DNA of 63,945 bases, from assembly GCF_004010195.1 (NCBI RefSeq), contig NC_057711.1:72327191-72391135 (forward strand), written 5' to 3'. Each line of letters opens with the position of its first letter. Position 1 is the first letter of the stretch. Below the pieces are notes generated by a model, which was not told the origin of the DNA, searched no databases, and was given only the letters and a program-made list of their open reading frames with translations. Made by a program: the position numbers and the translations under genes. The DNA comes from Chiloscyllium plagiosum (Eukaryota). Positions 25,120 to 38,904 of this stretch are shown here, in pieces.

Positions 25120-25775
25120 GAGCTTTTCCTGCACCTCCAAACACCTCATATACATTGTCCGTTGCTCTCGATGTGGTCTCTTCTAAATTGGGGAGATAGG
25201 ATGCTAACTCACGGAATATTTTAGGGGACATCTCTGGGACATATGCACTGAACAGCCCCACCACCCTGCGAGAATGCTTCAATTCCCTCCCCTCCCACCC
25301 ATCCCTCGCTCCGCCAAGGGCATGCAAGTCCTGGGCCTCCTCCACCGCTAAGTACAAGCTGCCCACCAACTGAAGGAAGAATGCTTCATCTTCCGCCTTG
25401 GGTCCCTCCAACTACACGCCATCAACGTCAAATTCACCAGTTTCCTCATCCCAGATCCAACCCAGCACTGCCCTCTTGAACTGTCCTACCTGTCCATCTT
25501 CCTTCCCACCTAACTGCTCCATCCTCCCCTCCAACCTATCACCATCATCCCCCCCCACCACTTGCATCTAGCCTTCCCAGCTACCTCACCTTCACTCCAA
25601 GCCCCACCCTCCTATTTATCTCTCAGCCCGTTTCTCCACTCCACATTCCTGATCAAGGGCTTATGATTGAAACATCGACTCTACTGTTCCTCAGATGCTG
25701 CCTGACCTGCTGTGCTTTTCCAGCGCCACACGTTTCGACTCTGATCTCCAAGCATCTGCAGTCCTCACTTTCTGC
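25120..25775 (+). mobile_element. Penelope-like GIY-YIG fragment plus pLTR (family A), HHR core mutated
   Basis: IVRCSRCGLF*IGE motif; cctgatcaagggcttatgattgaaacatcgac; shared pLTR tail. Confidence 0.85.
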
Positions 25776-26372
25776 TTCAGCTGTATATGGTCAACTATTC
25801 CTTAGGTTAATTATTTGAACAAACTGAGAATGTGTCAACAGATGATGGCATTTAATACAGTGGAAAGAAAAGAATATTAGAGCAAGGGTTTCTGAGAAAC
25901 AGTTTTTAACAGCAGACACGAATGCAAAATTCTGTATTATTTCCACAAGGTGCTTCATTCAATATGTTCATCGACAGTTGGAATCAACCTGTTCAGTGTT
26001 GTTGTTGCTTACTTCTGGAACAGGTGGGATTTGAACTCTGGCCTCCTGGTTCAGAGGCAGAGACGCTACCGCCTCAAGAATCATTCCAACAAATTTATAG
26101 AATGAGTGCTCAGCCATACAAATCATATTTACTTGAAGTTTGATTTCTACTCAGTAACAAGTTAATTGATGGCCTAATAGAGAAGATGGAGGTGAAAAGC
26201 AAGTGTATGGTTTAATTGTCTCTTTCCTTACTTCTCTCTTTGTCACATTCGTACAGAAAAAGACATTTTCTGAGGGTGAGTCTCCATCCTTAAGTATATA
26301 CATTTTCTTCTCTCCCACCTTTTGTTAGTTGTCTCATGTCAAGACAAGGTCAGTTGATTGTTCCCATATCAT

Positions 26373-26613
26373 TCTCTGTCTGTCTGTCTGTCGGTCTGTC
26401 TGTCTGTCTGTCTCTCTCTCTCACTCTGTCTGTCTCTCTCTGTGTCTCTTTCTCTCTCTCTCACTCTCTGTCTGTCTGTCTGTCTCTCTCTCTCTGTCTC
26501 TCTATATCTCAGTCTGTCAGTGTGTCTGTCTGCCTCTCTCTCTCTGTCTGTCTGTCTCTCTTCCTTTCTCTTTCTCTCTCTCTCTCTGTCTCTCTCTCTC
26601 TCTTTCTCTCTCT
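26373..26613. repeat. Compound (TCTG)n/(TC)n microsatellite
   Basis: Visible directly; explains four low-complexity ORFs. Confidence 0.97.
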
Positions 26614-27311
26614 TCATCTGGGATATATCTTATCTAGTTCTTCTTGTTCCCACAGTGACATTGCTGAGGTCTTGATGTTAGTGTGAATAGATTGTAAATA
26701 TGGATTCCTCATCTCACTAGCAAGTTGGTGTTAACGTGTTGTTATTCTGGCACTGCAGTCATGGAATTAATTTTCATAAATAACAGCTGAATATAACTGT
26801 GTTGAGTGGGGAATGTGATTCATTTTATAAAAAAAGTGTGTACTTATTCATTGCACAGGTTTATAAAATGTTATAAAACAGAAAAATTCCGTGCAGTCAT
26901 CAAACTTTATTTAAGTGAGATTACATATTTAATTCATACCACAAACAAAGCAATAGCACAAAATAATTTGAAATGACTTTCTGGTTGTCCTGCAGCTTTC
27001 GATCAATTTTTGGGGGTAATCATCTAACAATGTTAGATTGCTATTGCAACAGCTCTAAGAAACAGAATATATTTCTTAAATTCAAGGTCATGTGTACATA
27101 ATGTAGTACGTATACATTATACACAAAGTATTTATGACATAGAAACAGGCAGCTAAATAAGTCCCTTCCAAAATTTGTATTCCACAAAAGCCTCTTCCCA
27201 TCCTCTTCATGTAATTCAGTCAATATATCCCACGGTTCCTTTCTCCCATATGCTTTAATTTAGCTTCCAAATAAGTGCATCCATGCTGGTTGTCTCAACT
27301 ATGCCTACTAT

Positions 27312-27510
27312 GGACAGGTAGGACAGTTCAAGAGGGCGGTGCTGGGTTGGAGGGTTGGATCTGGGATGAAGAAACTGGTGAATTTGACGTTGGTGGCGTG
27401 TGGTTGGAGGGACACAAGGCGGAAGATGAAGCATTCTTCCTCCAGTTGGTGGGCAGCTTGTACTTAGCAGTGGAGGAGGCCCTGGACTTGCATGCCCTTG
27501 GCGGAGTGAG
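27312..27510 (-). mobile_element. Penelope family A fragment
   Basis: Reverse complement of ~25305-25495. Confidence 0.8.
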
Positions 27511-28799
27511 GTAATATGTTCCATAATCTAACCACCCTTTTGAATAAAGACAAATTCTTTTTATAACCCTTTCATAATATGCTGACCAGAACTTTTATTA
27601 TAGAATATATATAATACATATTTTAATAATATATATGTAGGCCGGGCTTTATTCTAACCATATATTAGAGATGTAATGTTTTTGAAAACCTAATTATTAT
27701 TAAACTGATATTATTTGTTAGAATAGCTGCAATAAGATGGGATTTATGAACTGGTGTAAATCCTGTTGCTCCTAATGAATATTTATGTACCATTGCTGAG
27801 CTATGTTAAATTCACTAAACTCATTAGACTTATAATGAATAAGCTAATTATTATGGCTATTACAAGCTTAATAAATACACCTTATCTCAGCGCTCATCTG
27901 TTCATTATTCAGTCATTATAGGAAAATAGCATGTAGCCTATCTATAACTCCTGCTCTACTTTAATGACACACCTAAGTGAATCAAATCCATTTGGATAAT
28001 ATGGTGAGATGATTTCATATTTATAAGTGTTAAATAAATGAACAGGTTCAATTCTCCTTACATCTGAAGATTGGTCTGTAAAATGTCTTACAACATCATG
28101 TGGGAGAAAGGAGACAGCAGGTGTCTTTTTTGCGACATACAATGACCATAAAATGCCTCATATTGTTGGGACTACTGCTGGGAGAAAAGCTTGAGCTTTT
28201 TCACTGGAGAGATTGAAATCATCTATTCTATGAAGAAATCTGCATTCTCAATGGGATTTCCCAGAAGTATTTTCCAAAAAGAAATACTCTTGGCTGCTAT
28301 CATCATAAATGGATCATTCTACTTCATGTGTTGCCTTCAAAGGACGTAAAAAAATTAACTAATTAGGATGCCTACAGCATACAGCATAATCAACTTTGTT
28401 GCTTTTGAAATACTGTCCTCACAAGCACCCAAAGAATGGTCAAAAAACTCCTTGTGAAACCACCAAGTCATATGCTAAGCAGTATCTTTCAGAAAATTTG
28501 TTATATTATTGATTGAATAATGCAGACTTAATGAACATCTGTAATAATCAAAATTAAGATGCTATACAGCTTGTATATTAATGTAGTATCATTCAGCCTA
28601 CAGCTTTGAAGATCTATTGTGTTGCTGCAACATAATTTGTAGCAAGCTTTAAATTGTACAATTTAGGAGTTATAGTTTTCTGAAGCACATGCATGAGGGT
28701 GCTAGGACAGGAACATTTATGCCATGTACGAAAAATAGAACAAAAATGAACTTTATTGTCGTTGGCAATCACTTGCTAACGAGTATGATAGCCTACTGA

Positions 28800-28900
28800 G
28801 AAAGTCCCGTGTCACTGACCATGGGTTGTATGGGTCCTTGTTTGGCTGATGAGCCCAATCCTAGAGCCTTCAATCACAGCATAAAACACTGTCTCGCATA
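28800..28900 (-). mobile_element. RTE-like LINE 3' end fragment
   Basis: Minus strand translates GSRIGLISQTRTHTTHGQ*, like the SRIGL.SH.RTH terminus of RTE ORFs. Confidence 0.55.
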
Positions 28901-29007
28901 GAATTGATAGGAAAAGAAGGTGTTTATTAATTCATTCAGATATACCAAGATGGGAGACTTGGATTCAAGTCAAGTCTGCTCCAGTGGGATGTGATAATAT
29001 CTCTGAA

Positions 29008-29152
29008 TAAAGTTAAAAATCACAGAACACCAGGTGATGAAGGAGCAAAGGTCTGAAAGCTAGTGCTTCCAAATAAACCTGTTGGATTATAACCTGGTGT
29101 TGTGTGATTTTTAACTTTGTATGCCCCAATCCAACACCGGCGTCTCCAAATC
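29008..29152 (+). mobile_element. Short fold-back PLE-type element (family B)
   Basis: gtgatgaaggagcaaaggtctgaaagctagtg HHR remnant; TSD atatctctgaa at 28997-29007 and 29153-29163. Confidence 0.85.
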
Positions 29153-31482
29153 ATATCTCTGAACAAGTTGATTAAAAAATACCGAGACCAACTTGTCCAT
29201 AAGGAGCTCTGCACGTAAATTGGACAACTGGAAATATAGGTGATTTCATGATGTTGGTTGATAGGTGAAAATTGTTCAAGGTGATTTGGTAGTAGGTGAT
29301 TTGGTGATTTGGTGATTTTTTATTCACTCATATAGCGGCCATTCTTCCACAATGAAAGCAAAAAAAAAACTGCTGCTGCTCGAATTCTGAAACAAACAAA
29401 GCAAGTGAGAGGTAAAATCACTAAACCTGGCAGCATCAAAGGAGAAAGAAACAGAGTTAATGTTTTGACTCCTCTGCTGCATTTCTTGAGTGTTTTCTGT
29501 GACATTCTTCACAGATCTTTGTACATGTTAAATTTTAGGATTTAATAGTTTTTCATTTTGTTGATCTGATGTGATAGAAAGCGTTGATTTTCTTTGAAAG
29601 CTGTGCAGGGCTTTTAGTATTTAAAGGGTTAATATTGGATTTTGACTCTACTAAGCTGTCAGACTATAAAGCGAAAAACACACACATTGCTGACTGCTTT
29701 TGAAATGGGATTTAACAATGGACTGCTGTGACCCAAGGTTATGGTGAATACACTTTGCATTAATATGTTGTGGATGGTGTTTCCCTAAGGGGATAGTTCA
29801 TAGCTGTTTTTCTCACAATATATCATCAATTGAAATACTTCAGAATGAGCCTGAAACTAGCCTCGTACCTTACAAGCAGCATGTTTTGTATTTTGAACAA
29901 TTCCCATTCAAACATTTCTCTTTCAGGTGAAATAACTATTGTTTTGTGATTTCAAATAATCTGTTGCAAAATGAGGAGTCAAATTTAGTGCCAACTTTAC
30001 ACATGTAAAAAGTTTAATAATGATTCCTTCCTTGGTTCACATGGCGATTTGCTAGCGATAATAGCAGATTTCCTACAGAGGTCTTTAACATATGGAGAAC
30101 AATTATATTTCTTTTAGAAGTGGAATTAAATAGAACTGCATGTTTCAAACGCTGTGTTAATTCTAATCTGGATGGTGTTTGAGAAAAGCGAGAAAGGAAG
30201 TGCTCGGTCTGTCACCCATCCCCCCTGCCTGCTGCTTCTTTGTGGATGTGCAAGGGCTCTCTGCTGTCTTCTGTCAATATCCACTGCAATAAACACTGAC
30301 TCTTCAATTACTATGCAGAAAATATGCAACCCCACCAAACCTATCCTCCTTGACGGTTTTGCATTCTCAACCGATTACTGTTTCAAATAATTTTGACTTT
30401 GCTTCCACATAATTGTGAAATCAAGAATTTTATGACATGTGGATTATGATTTTTAAAAATAAATTATAGTATTTGGAACGTCAATCTGCCAGACTGATTA
30501 ATTCCACACAAATTGCCGCAATTTAATCAGTTAATAAAGATTTTGGGTGATTAATAATTTTACTTCACAAATTTCAGAGGCAGAGAAATCATAAGATCAT
30601 AAGAAAAGGAAAGAAACAGCCATAAATGATCAAATTCAGGCATAATGTAAATAGTATGAATAAATAGTACAATTTCACCAAGTGAGGTATTAATTCAGTA
30701 TTTGATCATTTGCTCGTGGCGTTACTTGCAATTTTAAATTTTAACTCCCACGGGAGAGATGTGCAGAGAATATGATATATGTTCTACTTATCAAATTAAG
30801 AGTCAGGCCTTAGGCTAGAACTGACCAAAAGGAGTTAGTACAAACATAAATACCCAGTAATGTGAAATGATATGTGTATGCAGAAAAAGAGCTGTTTTCA
30901 GAAATGCTGCCTCAACCTAAGTAAATATTTATTATGACGTTGTGTGGAAAATGTTGATTTTCTATTGAGGTTAAAAGTGTGACTTATATAAACATTTTTT
31001 GGAGGAGTTTGGGTTTTAAACAAATGACACTTAGGTTGGATAGTCTTTTGTTGGATGGGTTTAATAAGTAACCAGATCAATCTTATCAGAACGATCATTT
31101 TAAACTAGTATGTGCCACAATGCAGGTCCCTGCACAGATCCCTGGAGCATTAATGGAAGTTTGTTTATATTGTGGGGGGTTTTTGGTTGGAGAGAGAAAG
31201 CATTGATACACATTAGCTTGCTTTTAGGTTTAGAACAATAAAAGGTTAAACCTAATTTGGAAACATCCAGAAATTGGCATGTTATTGGACAAATTGGAGT
31301 ACACCCGACTGGGGTCATATGCAAGAGTCTAGAGTCGGGAATGTTTTCAGAGCCATGAGGGGAAGAAGTTACTTCAGTGTAAGGGTTTCAATTTGTGAAA
31401 ACGTCCAAGCCAGGAGTGTTAGTTAGAAATCTGCATTAGTTATTCAAAGCTGAGAAAACCAAAAACCTCAGATGTAGACAAA

Positions 31483-32622
31483 TAGAAACATAGAAGATTG
31501 GAACAGGAGTAGGTTATCCGACCACTTGAGGCTGCTCTGTCATTCAATATGATCATGGCTGATCATTGAGCTCAATGCGCTAAGCCTGCCCTCCCCCCAT
31601 ATTCTTTGATTCCTTTAGCCATAGAGCTTTATCTGCCTCCTCTTGAAAGCACATAATGTTTTGGCCTCAACCACTTTCTGTGATAGAGAACTGATGCACA
31701 ATGACACCCAGGTCTCATTGAACATTCCCCATCTCAATTTACAGCTCTTCAAATGATAATTTGCCTTCCTGCTTTTGCAGTTATCCACATTATACTCAAT
31801 CTGCCATCCATTTTCCCACTCACTCAGCCTGCCCATACCATACCGCAACATCTCTGCATCCTCCTCACACTAACACTTTGACCAAGCTTTGTGTCATCTG
31901 CAAAATTTGATAAAGTTAAAAATCACGCAATACCAAGTTATAATCTAACAGGTTTATTTGGAAGTACAAACTTTCAGAGCACTGCTCCTACATCAGGTAG
32001 CTAGTTGGCTGTGACTTGAAAGAAATTCTGAGATTTACATACTAATCAATCAAAACCTGCATCCTCATTCTAAGTGATTAAAGATTTAATAGCCATCTAG
32101 GTTTGTCTAATACATTGCATCAGTTGTATGACACTTTGATCTTTTACTTATAAATTCTGAGTCTTATGTACTTGCCCCACGAGCTACCTAATGAAGGATC
32201 AGCACTCTGAAAGCTTGTACTTTCAAATAAACCGGTTGGACAATAACTCGATGTTGTGTGATTTTTAACGTTGACCACCCCAGTCCAACACTGGAACCTT
32301 CATATCATGCAATTTTTGAGATAACACATTTACCTATATTGTGAATAGCTGAAGTCTTAGAACTGATCGCTGCAATACCCCAGTAGTTGCTGTCTGCCAT
32401 TCAGAAAATAACCCATTTATTCCTACACTTTGTTTCCTGTCTGCTAACCAATTTTCAATCCATCTAATTACACTACCCCCAATCCCATGCACTTTACTAA
32501 TAAATGCTAATCTCTTACGCAGGACTTTGCTGAAGGCTGTCAAAAAGTCTGAATAATTGACTTCCACTGACTCCTTCGGTCAACTCTACCTGATTACATC
32601 CTCAAAGAATTCCAGTAGATTG
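31483..32622 (-). mobile_element. CR1 LINE fragment with deletions, interrupted at 31912-32307
   Basis: ORF 32334-32567 (AFSKV..KRL...VHGIGGSVIRWIENWLADRKQSVGING) and ORF 31615-31851; tagaaacatagaa tail. Confidence 0.9.
31912..32307 (+). mobile_element. Longer family B fold-back element with a ~190-bp spacer and two mutated HHR cores
   Basis: Minus ctgatgtaggagcagtgctctgaaagtttg and plus ctaatgaaggatcagcactctgaaagcttg; flanks tgcaaaatttga / tgcaatttttga. Confidence 0.82.
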
Positions 32623-34049
32623 TGGAAATTCAAAATAAAACCTTTGCGTCTCACAGGACAGGAACTAACATAGAAACAGTCAAGTCAAACATCCAAGCTT
32701 GTTATGGAACTGAAATTTCTTTGGTTTTTGAGTACTGGTAAGAAGTTTGTATTGAGGAGTAGATTGAATTTTGTTTTGCTGTGTGTTTTGAAATCTGTCA
32801 AACAGTGTTGTATTTAAATGGCTTGGTTCAGTTTATTTTATTAGAATTTATTTTATGTAGCAAACTTGTATTGTTAAAACCAAATCTACAGTCTGGAGTG
32901 CTTATGTTTCAGTGAAAGAATGTTGCTTTTTAAAAAGAAAATCTGACAAATCAAGGCAGATTTCATTCTGAGATCTGTCTCATCCAATATTAATATCAGC
33001 TGGCATCATAACACCATTTGAACCAACTCAATATTATCAAAAGGTCAGCATAATGTTATAATTTGCATTCTTAATCTGAAATTGCGACTTCTCGATTTAA
33101 CTATCGTCTGGCAACCCACTGTTCAGAATTGTCAATTACACTGAATTATATATTTCAAGATATGATCCAACACTTGGTTTAGAGAAAATTATGATCATGA
33201 TAATACACTGTCAATGTTCAGCCTCCATCATCTGATTGTCACACCTGAGACCTTTCATGGACTAAAATGTTTTTAAATTGACTAAATTTTTTTTTTTTAA
33301 AATGGACAAAAACTGATCTAAAATAGCTGTTTTATCTCCTGACACAGATAAGGGAAATTTCAGGGAATGTAAATGAAAAAGTAAAATGAGCTGTATTAAG
33401 ATTGCCATAATATCTAAATCCCTGAATCAGCATCGAGAAATTCATATCTCTTGCTTAATTTACATGATAAATTTCTCCCTCAGATGATGAAAGGTTACCT
33501 GCAGACTTTTGGAAGGTCAATGTACAGACCCAAAAATGTTCAGATAGACCTAGATCAACAACTGCCTTGAGTGGCTCAGCACAAACAGAAAGGAATATTA
33601 ACCTTGTAACAGCAAGGACACTGCAAGTCTTCCTCTTTTCTTGTCTCTTTCAATCTGAAAGGAAGTGCTAGGTGTAAAAGTGACTTGGGAAAACAAACAC
33701 TTACTGCAAACTCAAGATTTACAAACTTTGTCACTGCTGCAGAATACATGTCAACAATTAAACTACCAGCCTCAGCATTAAATTATAAAACCTCAAAGAC
33801 TCTAAGTATGTTTTTTTAAACAGTGTAGCTTGTTTTTCCAGGCCATTCCAGACAACTTGTCTTTTAAAGTTATCCTGAGTGTATGCGTGTGTGCGTGTGC
33901 GTGTGTGTTTTCGATGTGACATTTTTATTATTTTTCTCAGAGGTGATATGGATTAAAAATTCTCTTCCACTTGAGAAAGCCTTATAATTTGGCTCCTCCA
34001 TTTTATTCTAGCTAATTATATTCAATTGAAACATGATAACTACATGTTA

Positions 34050-34338
34050 GTGCGGCACGGTGGCACAGTGGTCAGCACTGCTGCCTCACAGCACCAGCGA
34101 CCTGGGTTCAAATCCTGCCTCAGGCGACTGACTGTGTGGAGTTTGCACGTTCTCCCTGTGTCTGCGTGGGTTTCCTCCGGTTTCCTCCCACCGTCCAAAG
34201 ATGTGCAGGCCAGGTGAATTGGCCATGCTAAATTGCCTGTAGTGGTAAGTGTAGGGGTATGGGTGGGTTGCGCTTCGGCAGGTCGGTGTGGACTTGTTGG
34301 GCCAAAGGGCCTGTTTCCACACTGTAGGTAATCTAATC
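34050..34338 (+). mobile_element. HE1-like tRNA-derived V-SINE
   Basis: A box tggcacagtgg, B box ggttcaaatcc, V-domain tgtgtggagtttgcacgttctccc, (taatc)n tail, flanking ctacatg repeats. Confidence 0.92.
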
Positions 34339-34859
34339 TACATGATTGGAATATATTTTTTAAAGTGTTGTAATTGCTCAATAGGTGGTTAAAAAGAAGA
34401 AAGCCAATTTCTCCTCCCCACGTGATCATAATGAAATGTTGTTTTAATCATTTCGATATTATAATATTTTGTCAAAGCTGTGAATCTCTGTCTTCTGACT
34501 TATTTTGTTCTCTATTTATTTTGCAGAACCCAGAAGCTTTACCATTGCCACGTTTTATGTGTTATGTGTGGTTATAAAACAGATATTGACCAACAGTATT
34601 TAAACCCCATTAATTTAGAAAGGTATCAGTTATATGGGTGGAAATCCTACCTTACTGTTAGAGAAATGATATCTGTGGGCTGTACAGCTAGTTTTGTGAA
34701 GGAGATTAAAGAAATTTGTCTGTGTTCATTTTTACTATTATAAGCAGTGTCTTAATTAAATGTATATTGAGCCCAACACCTGCTCACACATGCCTACATG
34801 CAATTAGTCATACAGAAAATTTCAAATAAATGAAATAAACAAAAGCTTTTTATTGCAGT

Positions 34860-35007
34860 CATGATTTGGAGATGCCGGTGTCAGACTGGGGTGTACAAAG
34901 TTAAAAAATCACATAACACCAGGTTGTAGTCCAACAGGTTTAATTGGAAGCTAGTGTGCTTCCAATTAAACCTGTTGGACTATAACCTGGTGTTGTGTGA
35001 TTTTTAA
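34860..35007 (-). mobile_element. Short fold-back PLE-type element (family B), HHR core deleted
   Basis: ~55-bp near-perfect inverted arms around a ~6-nt loop; TSD ctttttattgcagt at 34846-34859 and 35008-35021. Confidence 0.88.
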
Positions 35008-37199
35008 CTTTTTATTGCAGTTTATGACAGGTGCCAAATGGACATCATTTCTGTTTACCGTAGGCATGTTGTTATATCCAAATCTGGAATTTGGAAAAAA
35101 CACTAATAATTGTGTCCTACCAGTTCTTAATCTATCACAAATGTGTGAATACCCGATTAAACCTCCAAAATGATCAATTTTCCTGACTGACTGCTACTCA
35201 TATTTCATTATTATTAGGAAAATAACACTTCCATTGCAATCAAACTTATTGTTTAACAAATGGCGGAGGGGAAAAAAGGAATCACTAATCTACTGCTATG
35301 AGATTTAACTTGTATACATTTAAAACCCAAGCACACATACATTCAATAAAACAGACAGAAGAGGGCTTGACAAAAGTATAATAGGTAGGAAAATACAGAC
35401 AGGTCAATGAATTCTGTAGATCAAAAGGCCAGGCCATAAGGTTGAGAGGTGATTCTCACAGTTGTTTTGACTTTAACAATGACATGATATTTATCACACA
35501 ATGGCCATTTTTCAAATTTAAAAGTAGTTCAGGTAGACCCAACATTAGATTTTTTTCTTTTAATTCTTTAAATTTTTTTTTTGTTTTTTCATTTACAGAG
35601 AGAAAGCAGAGAAATATATTTTCGGTTTGCTTCTTCCAGATGTTCCTGGCTGCACTGCCCTTACAGATCTGTAACAAACTGACGCTGAACCAATCCTAGC
35701 CCTGTCATCGGGCAGTCTTCCCTAACACAAAGACTCCTGGTGATGCTGCATCTCAGAAATGTAATAACCAAAGCAACATAGTCATGTATAGCTAAAAATA
35801 TTCTGCAATGCCCTTTTGATTTTCCAAGTTGCAAATCTCCCCTGGTATTCTAACTGAGGAAACAGTGTTTACTTCCAATCCAGTTTATAGCCCAATAAGG
35901 AAAAATATATTGTCTATTACAATATTTATCTTAGTGTCATCATGAACCAGACAAATTTCTAACTTTCCATTATTCAACACTGCACAAATATAATGACGTA
36001 ATGAAATATTTATTAACTAACAAATTATCTTCTTGCATGTCAGTTTTCAAGCATTTTATAAATAAATTAATGGGATCTGGGCTTTGATGGAAAAGTTGAT
36101 ATTTATTGTCCAACACCTGTCCTAAAGAAGGTGGTTGGTATTTTTTCATCAACAGTAAATACTCTGTAAAAAGTAGTTAATTGGCTATAAAGCACTTTGG
36201 GATAGACTGAAGCCATGAAAATTGCAATGGACTTCCAAGAATTTATTTTATTCTTCTTGAATTACTGCAGTCTGACTGGTGAAGATACTCCTGCAGGGCT
36301 CTTTGACAATGAGTCAAGATTCTAGCTAGTGACAATGAAGGATTCTCAAATAAAGGGGCAGAACCTAAGAGATCATGATCTCTGCATTATTACCTGAGCT
36401 ATGGTTGGCATATATTACAGAGATGGATAATTTTGAAATAAAAGGAGCCTCAAGATCCCTAATGCCCATGCTGGAAAAAGACAAATTTCAGTTTAAAAGA
36501 GACTAATTCCAGAAAAGCCACCAGTTAATAATGGTCACAACACAACAGGACTTCACCGCTATCAAAAGGAAATCAAAGTATACATTTTTTTTTCTTACGG
36601 ACTTAAACTATTTTCCCCTTCAGCTGTTGTTACACTTTGCATGTTCCAGTATGTGTGCCAACCTTATGAGGATTGGGTTAGGTTTTTAATAAGTTTTTTT
36701 TACTTTACTTAAGTCAGTTCATAATAAAACTAGCTCCTTAATTTTGTAACTCAAATCTGTCTAACTTTGTTTTTCATATAGCTCCATGCACAGTGAATTG
36801 AGAAGTCACATTTTGAAAAGAAAAATCGGGTTCTGTTATAACTGACCTCAGATGTGAAAAGAAAGGAATTTATTTATTGATGATTTTGTACTTGTAGTTG
36901 ATGGAGAATCAAGAAGTAATCCATTCCTTACAGAATACCCAGCTTCTGACGTGCTTTGGTGGCCATGACATTTATCACTGCTGCAGTTGAGTTGCTAATT
37001 GTTATCATTGGGAATTCCCAGGATACTTATGATGAGTGTAATGGCAATGGTAATACTGTGAAATGTAAACGGGATGAAGTTAGTTACTTTTTTGTTGGAC
37101 ATAATTTTTAAGTAGCAATGATAATTATCAGCAAACCTGCATGATGTCAATGAATGCAGTCCTAGATTCCTATAATATCTGAGGATTCAGAAAAGGCAT

Positions 37200-37500
37200 A
37201 TTTGTTTTATTAATTTGTGGTCATCGTTGGTGAGGCCAACATTTATTGCCCATCTCTAATTGAGAAGTTGTGGTGACCTGCATTCCTGAAATTTGCAGTT
37301 CTTTTAGTATAGGTCATAAAAGTGCAATTAGGAAGGGATGACCAGGATTTTGACCAAGTGACAGTGAAGGAACGGTGATATATTTCTATGTCAGGACGAT
37401 GTGTCGCTTAAAGTGGAACTCACTGGTTATTATGCTTCCATACATTCATGCCCTTATTCTTCTAGTTGGTAGAGAACATGGGTTTGGAAGGTGCTTCTGG
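37200..37500 (-). mobile_element. LINE 3' end related to 45040-45310
   Basis: ggccaacatttattgcccatctctaattgagaagttgtggtga...tttgaccaagtgacagtgaaggaacggtgatatatttc. Confidence 0.65.
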
Positions 37501-38070
37501 AAACTAACATTTAAAACATCCCTACATCCCTACTACTGTCCTTCTGACAGAGGGAGGATTAATGAACTAACTGACGATGGTTGAGTCCAACACACTTGCT
37601 CGAGAAAGCTCTGCAGTGTAATCCTAGGTAGAGTTGATTGGTATTCAGTAACCATAACCACACTTCTCTGTGTTAAATCTGAATCCAGTTATTGGAGAAT
37701 TTTATCCTTATTCCCATTGTTTCAGTTTGAAGCCTAGTTGGTGCCACATTCAAATACTTTTGCTTCTTCTCAGCTTCTACTCTTGTGTTCGAATAAAGGC
37801 TATATTGCAGTTTCCAAATGAATGGTGCAAGCAGAACCTAAACTAAACATCATTGAACAGATTCTTAGAGAGAAGATGTTGGTTGATATATTCTTGGTTA
37901 CTCATTTCATGACCATGATTAAAGGACTGATCAGGTTATATTTGACTGAAAATATTATTCCTGCTTTTTAATGATTGTACAGATGTGGGCAATTTTCCAC
38001 ACTGTCAGATAGATGGCAGGCTCATTGTTATACTGGAACAACTTGGTTACAGTTAAGGCTAATTCTGCAG

Positions 38071-38662
38071 TTGACAAGCAGGAGGCTAGAAGAACACAGC
38101 AAGTCAGGCAGCATCAGGGGATTGAGAAGTCAACGTTTCGGTGTTACCCTTCTTCAGGAATCAGGGTGGGTGTGGGGGAGCTGCAGATAAAGGGGGTGGT
38201 GGGGGCAGGGTGGTGAAATAGGGATAGGTTAAGACAGATAGAGGGTATGACCTGGTTGGCCAATGGGAGGAATGAATCCATCTGGGCAGCCTGTAGTCTG
38301 TGGACTCAACATTGAGTTCTCTAATTTCAAATAACCTCCCTTCCCATCTCCTGACTCCCTTCCCAGCCCCTCCCCCTCTCTTCCACTCCTCCCAGCCACC
38401 TTCTGGACTCATTTGTCCCATTGACCAACCAGATCATACCCTCTACCTGTCTTCACCTAAACCCACCTCACCACCCTGCCCCCTACTTCCCACCCCCTTT
38501 ATCTGCAGCTCCCCTTGCTCCCACCCTTCAGTCTTGAAGAAGGGTTACATCCAAAACATTGACTTCTCCACCTCCTGATGCTGCCTAGCTTGCTGTGTTC
38601 TTCTAGCCTCCTGCTTGTCTACCTTGGATTCCACCATCTGCAGTTTTTTTTTGTCTCTAACC
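38071..38662 (+). mobile_element. PLE pLTR pair in inverted arrangement (family A variant)
   Basis: 16-bp TSD aaggctaattctgcag at 38055-38070 and 38663-38678; minus-strand HHR core CTGAAGA-AG-GGT-AAC-ACC-GAAA-CGTT at 38132-38157. Confidence 0.88.
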
Positions 38663-38904
38663 AAGGCTAATTCTGCAGCACAGGTCTACTTGAGGATTAT
38701 CAAATCAACAATTATCACATTGAATGGCGGAGCAGAGTTGATGGGTTGAATGGCCTATAACTGCACCTGCATTTTATGGTCTATTGTCTTATTTAAAAGT
38801 CACAAATTTCCGTATCTTTAGAAACTAGCAGAAAAAAATGTGGCTACTTTTCTTTTCTCCATTTTCCTCTCAGATTGGTGATTATTGCTGGGATACATAT
38901 CCTG

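Larger units (their letters stand above)
30771..33013 (+). mobile_element. Possible solo LTR interrupted by a CR1
   Basis: Ends ...gagatctgtc...cataaca like Gypsy-type LTR 3' ends; the 5' boundary is a guess. Confidence 0.35.

Noticed and set aside
26329..26686. Four overlapping ORFs (SLSV/ERER-rich)
   Set aside because: Translations of a TC/TCTG microsatellite
28852..28890. CTGATGAG suggesting another hammerhead
   Set aside because: No stem II-GAAA follows; the opposite strand encodes an RTE-like SRIGLIS terminus, which explains the motif
34050..34125. tRNA gene
   Set aside because: A/B boxes belong to a SINE head that continues into the V-domain and LINE-like tail; the same holds at 39945, 46951 and 50161
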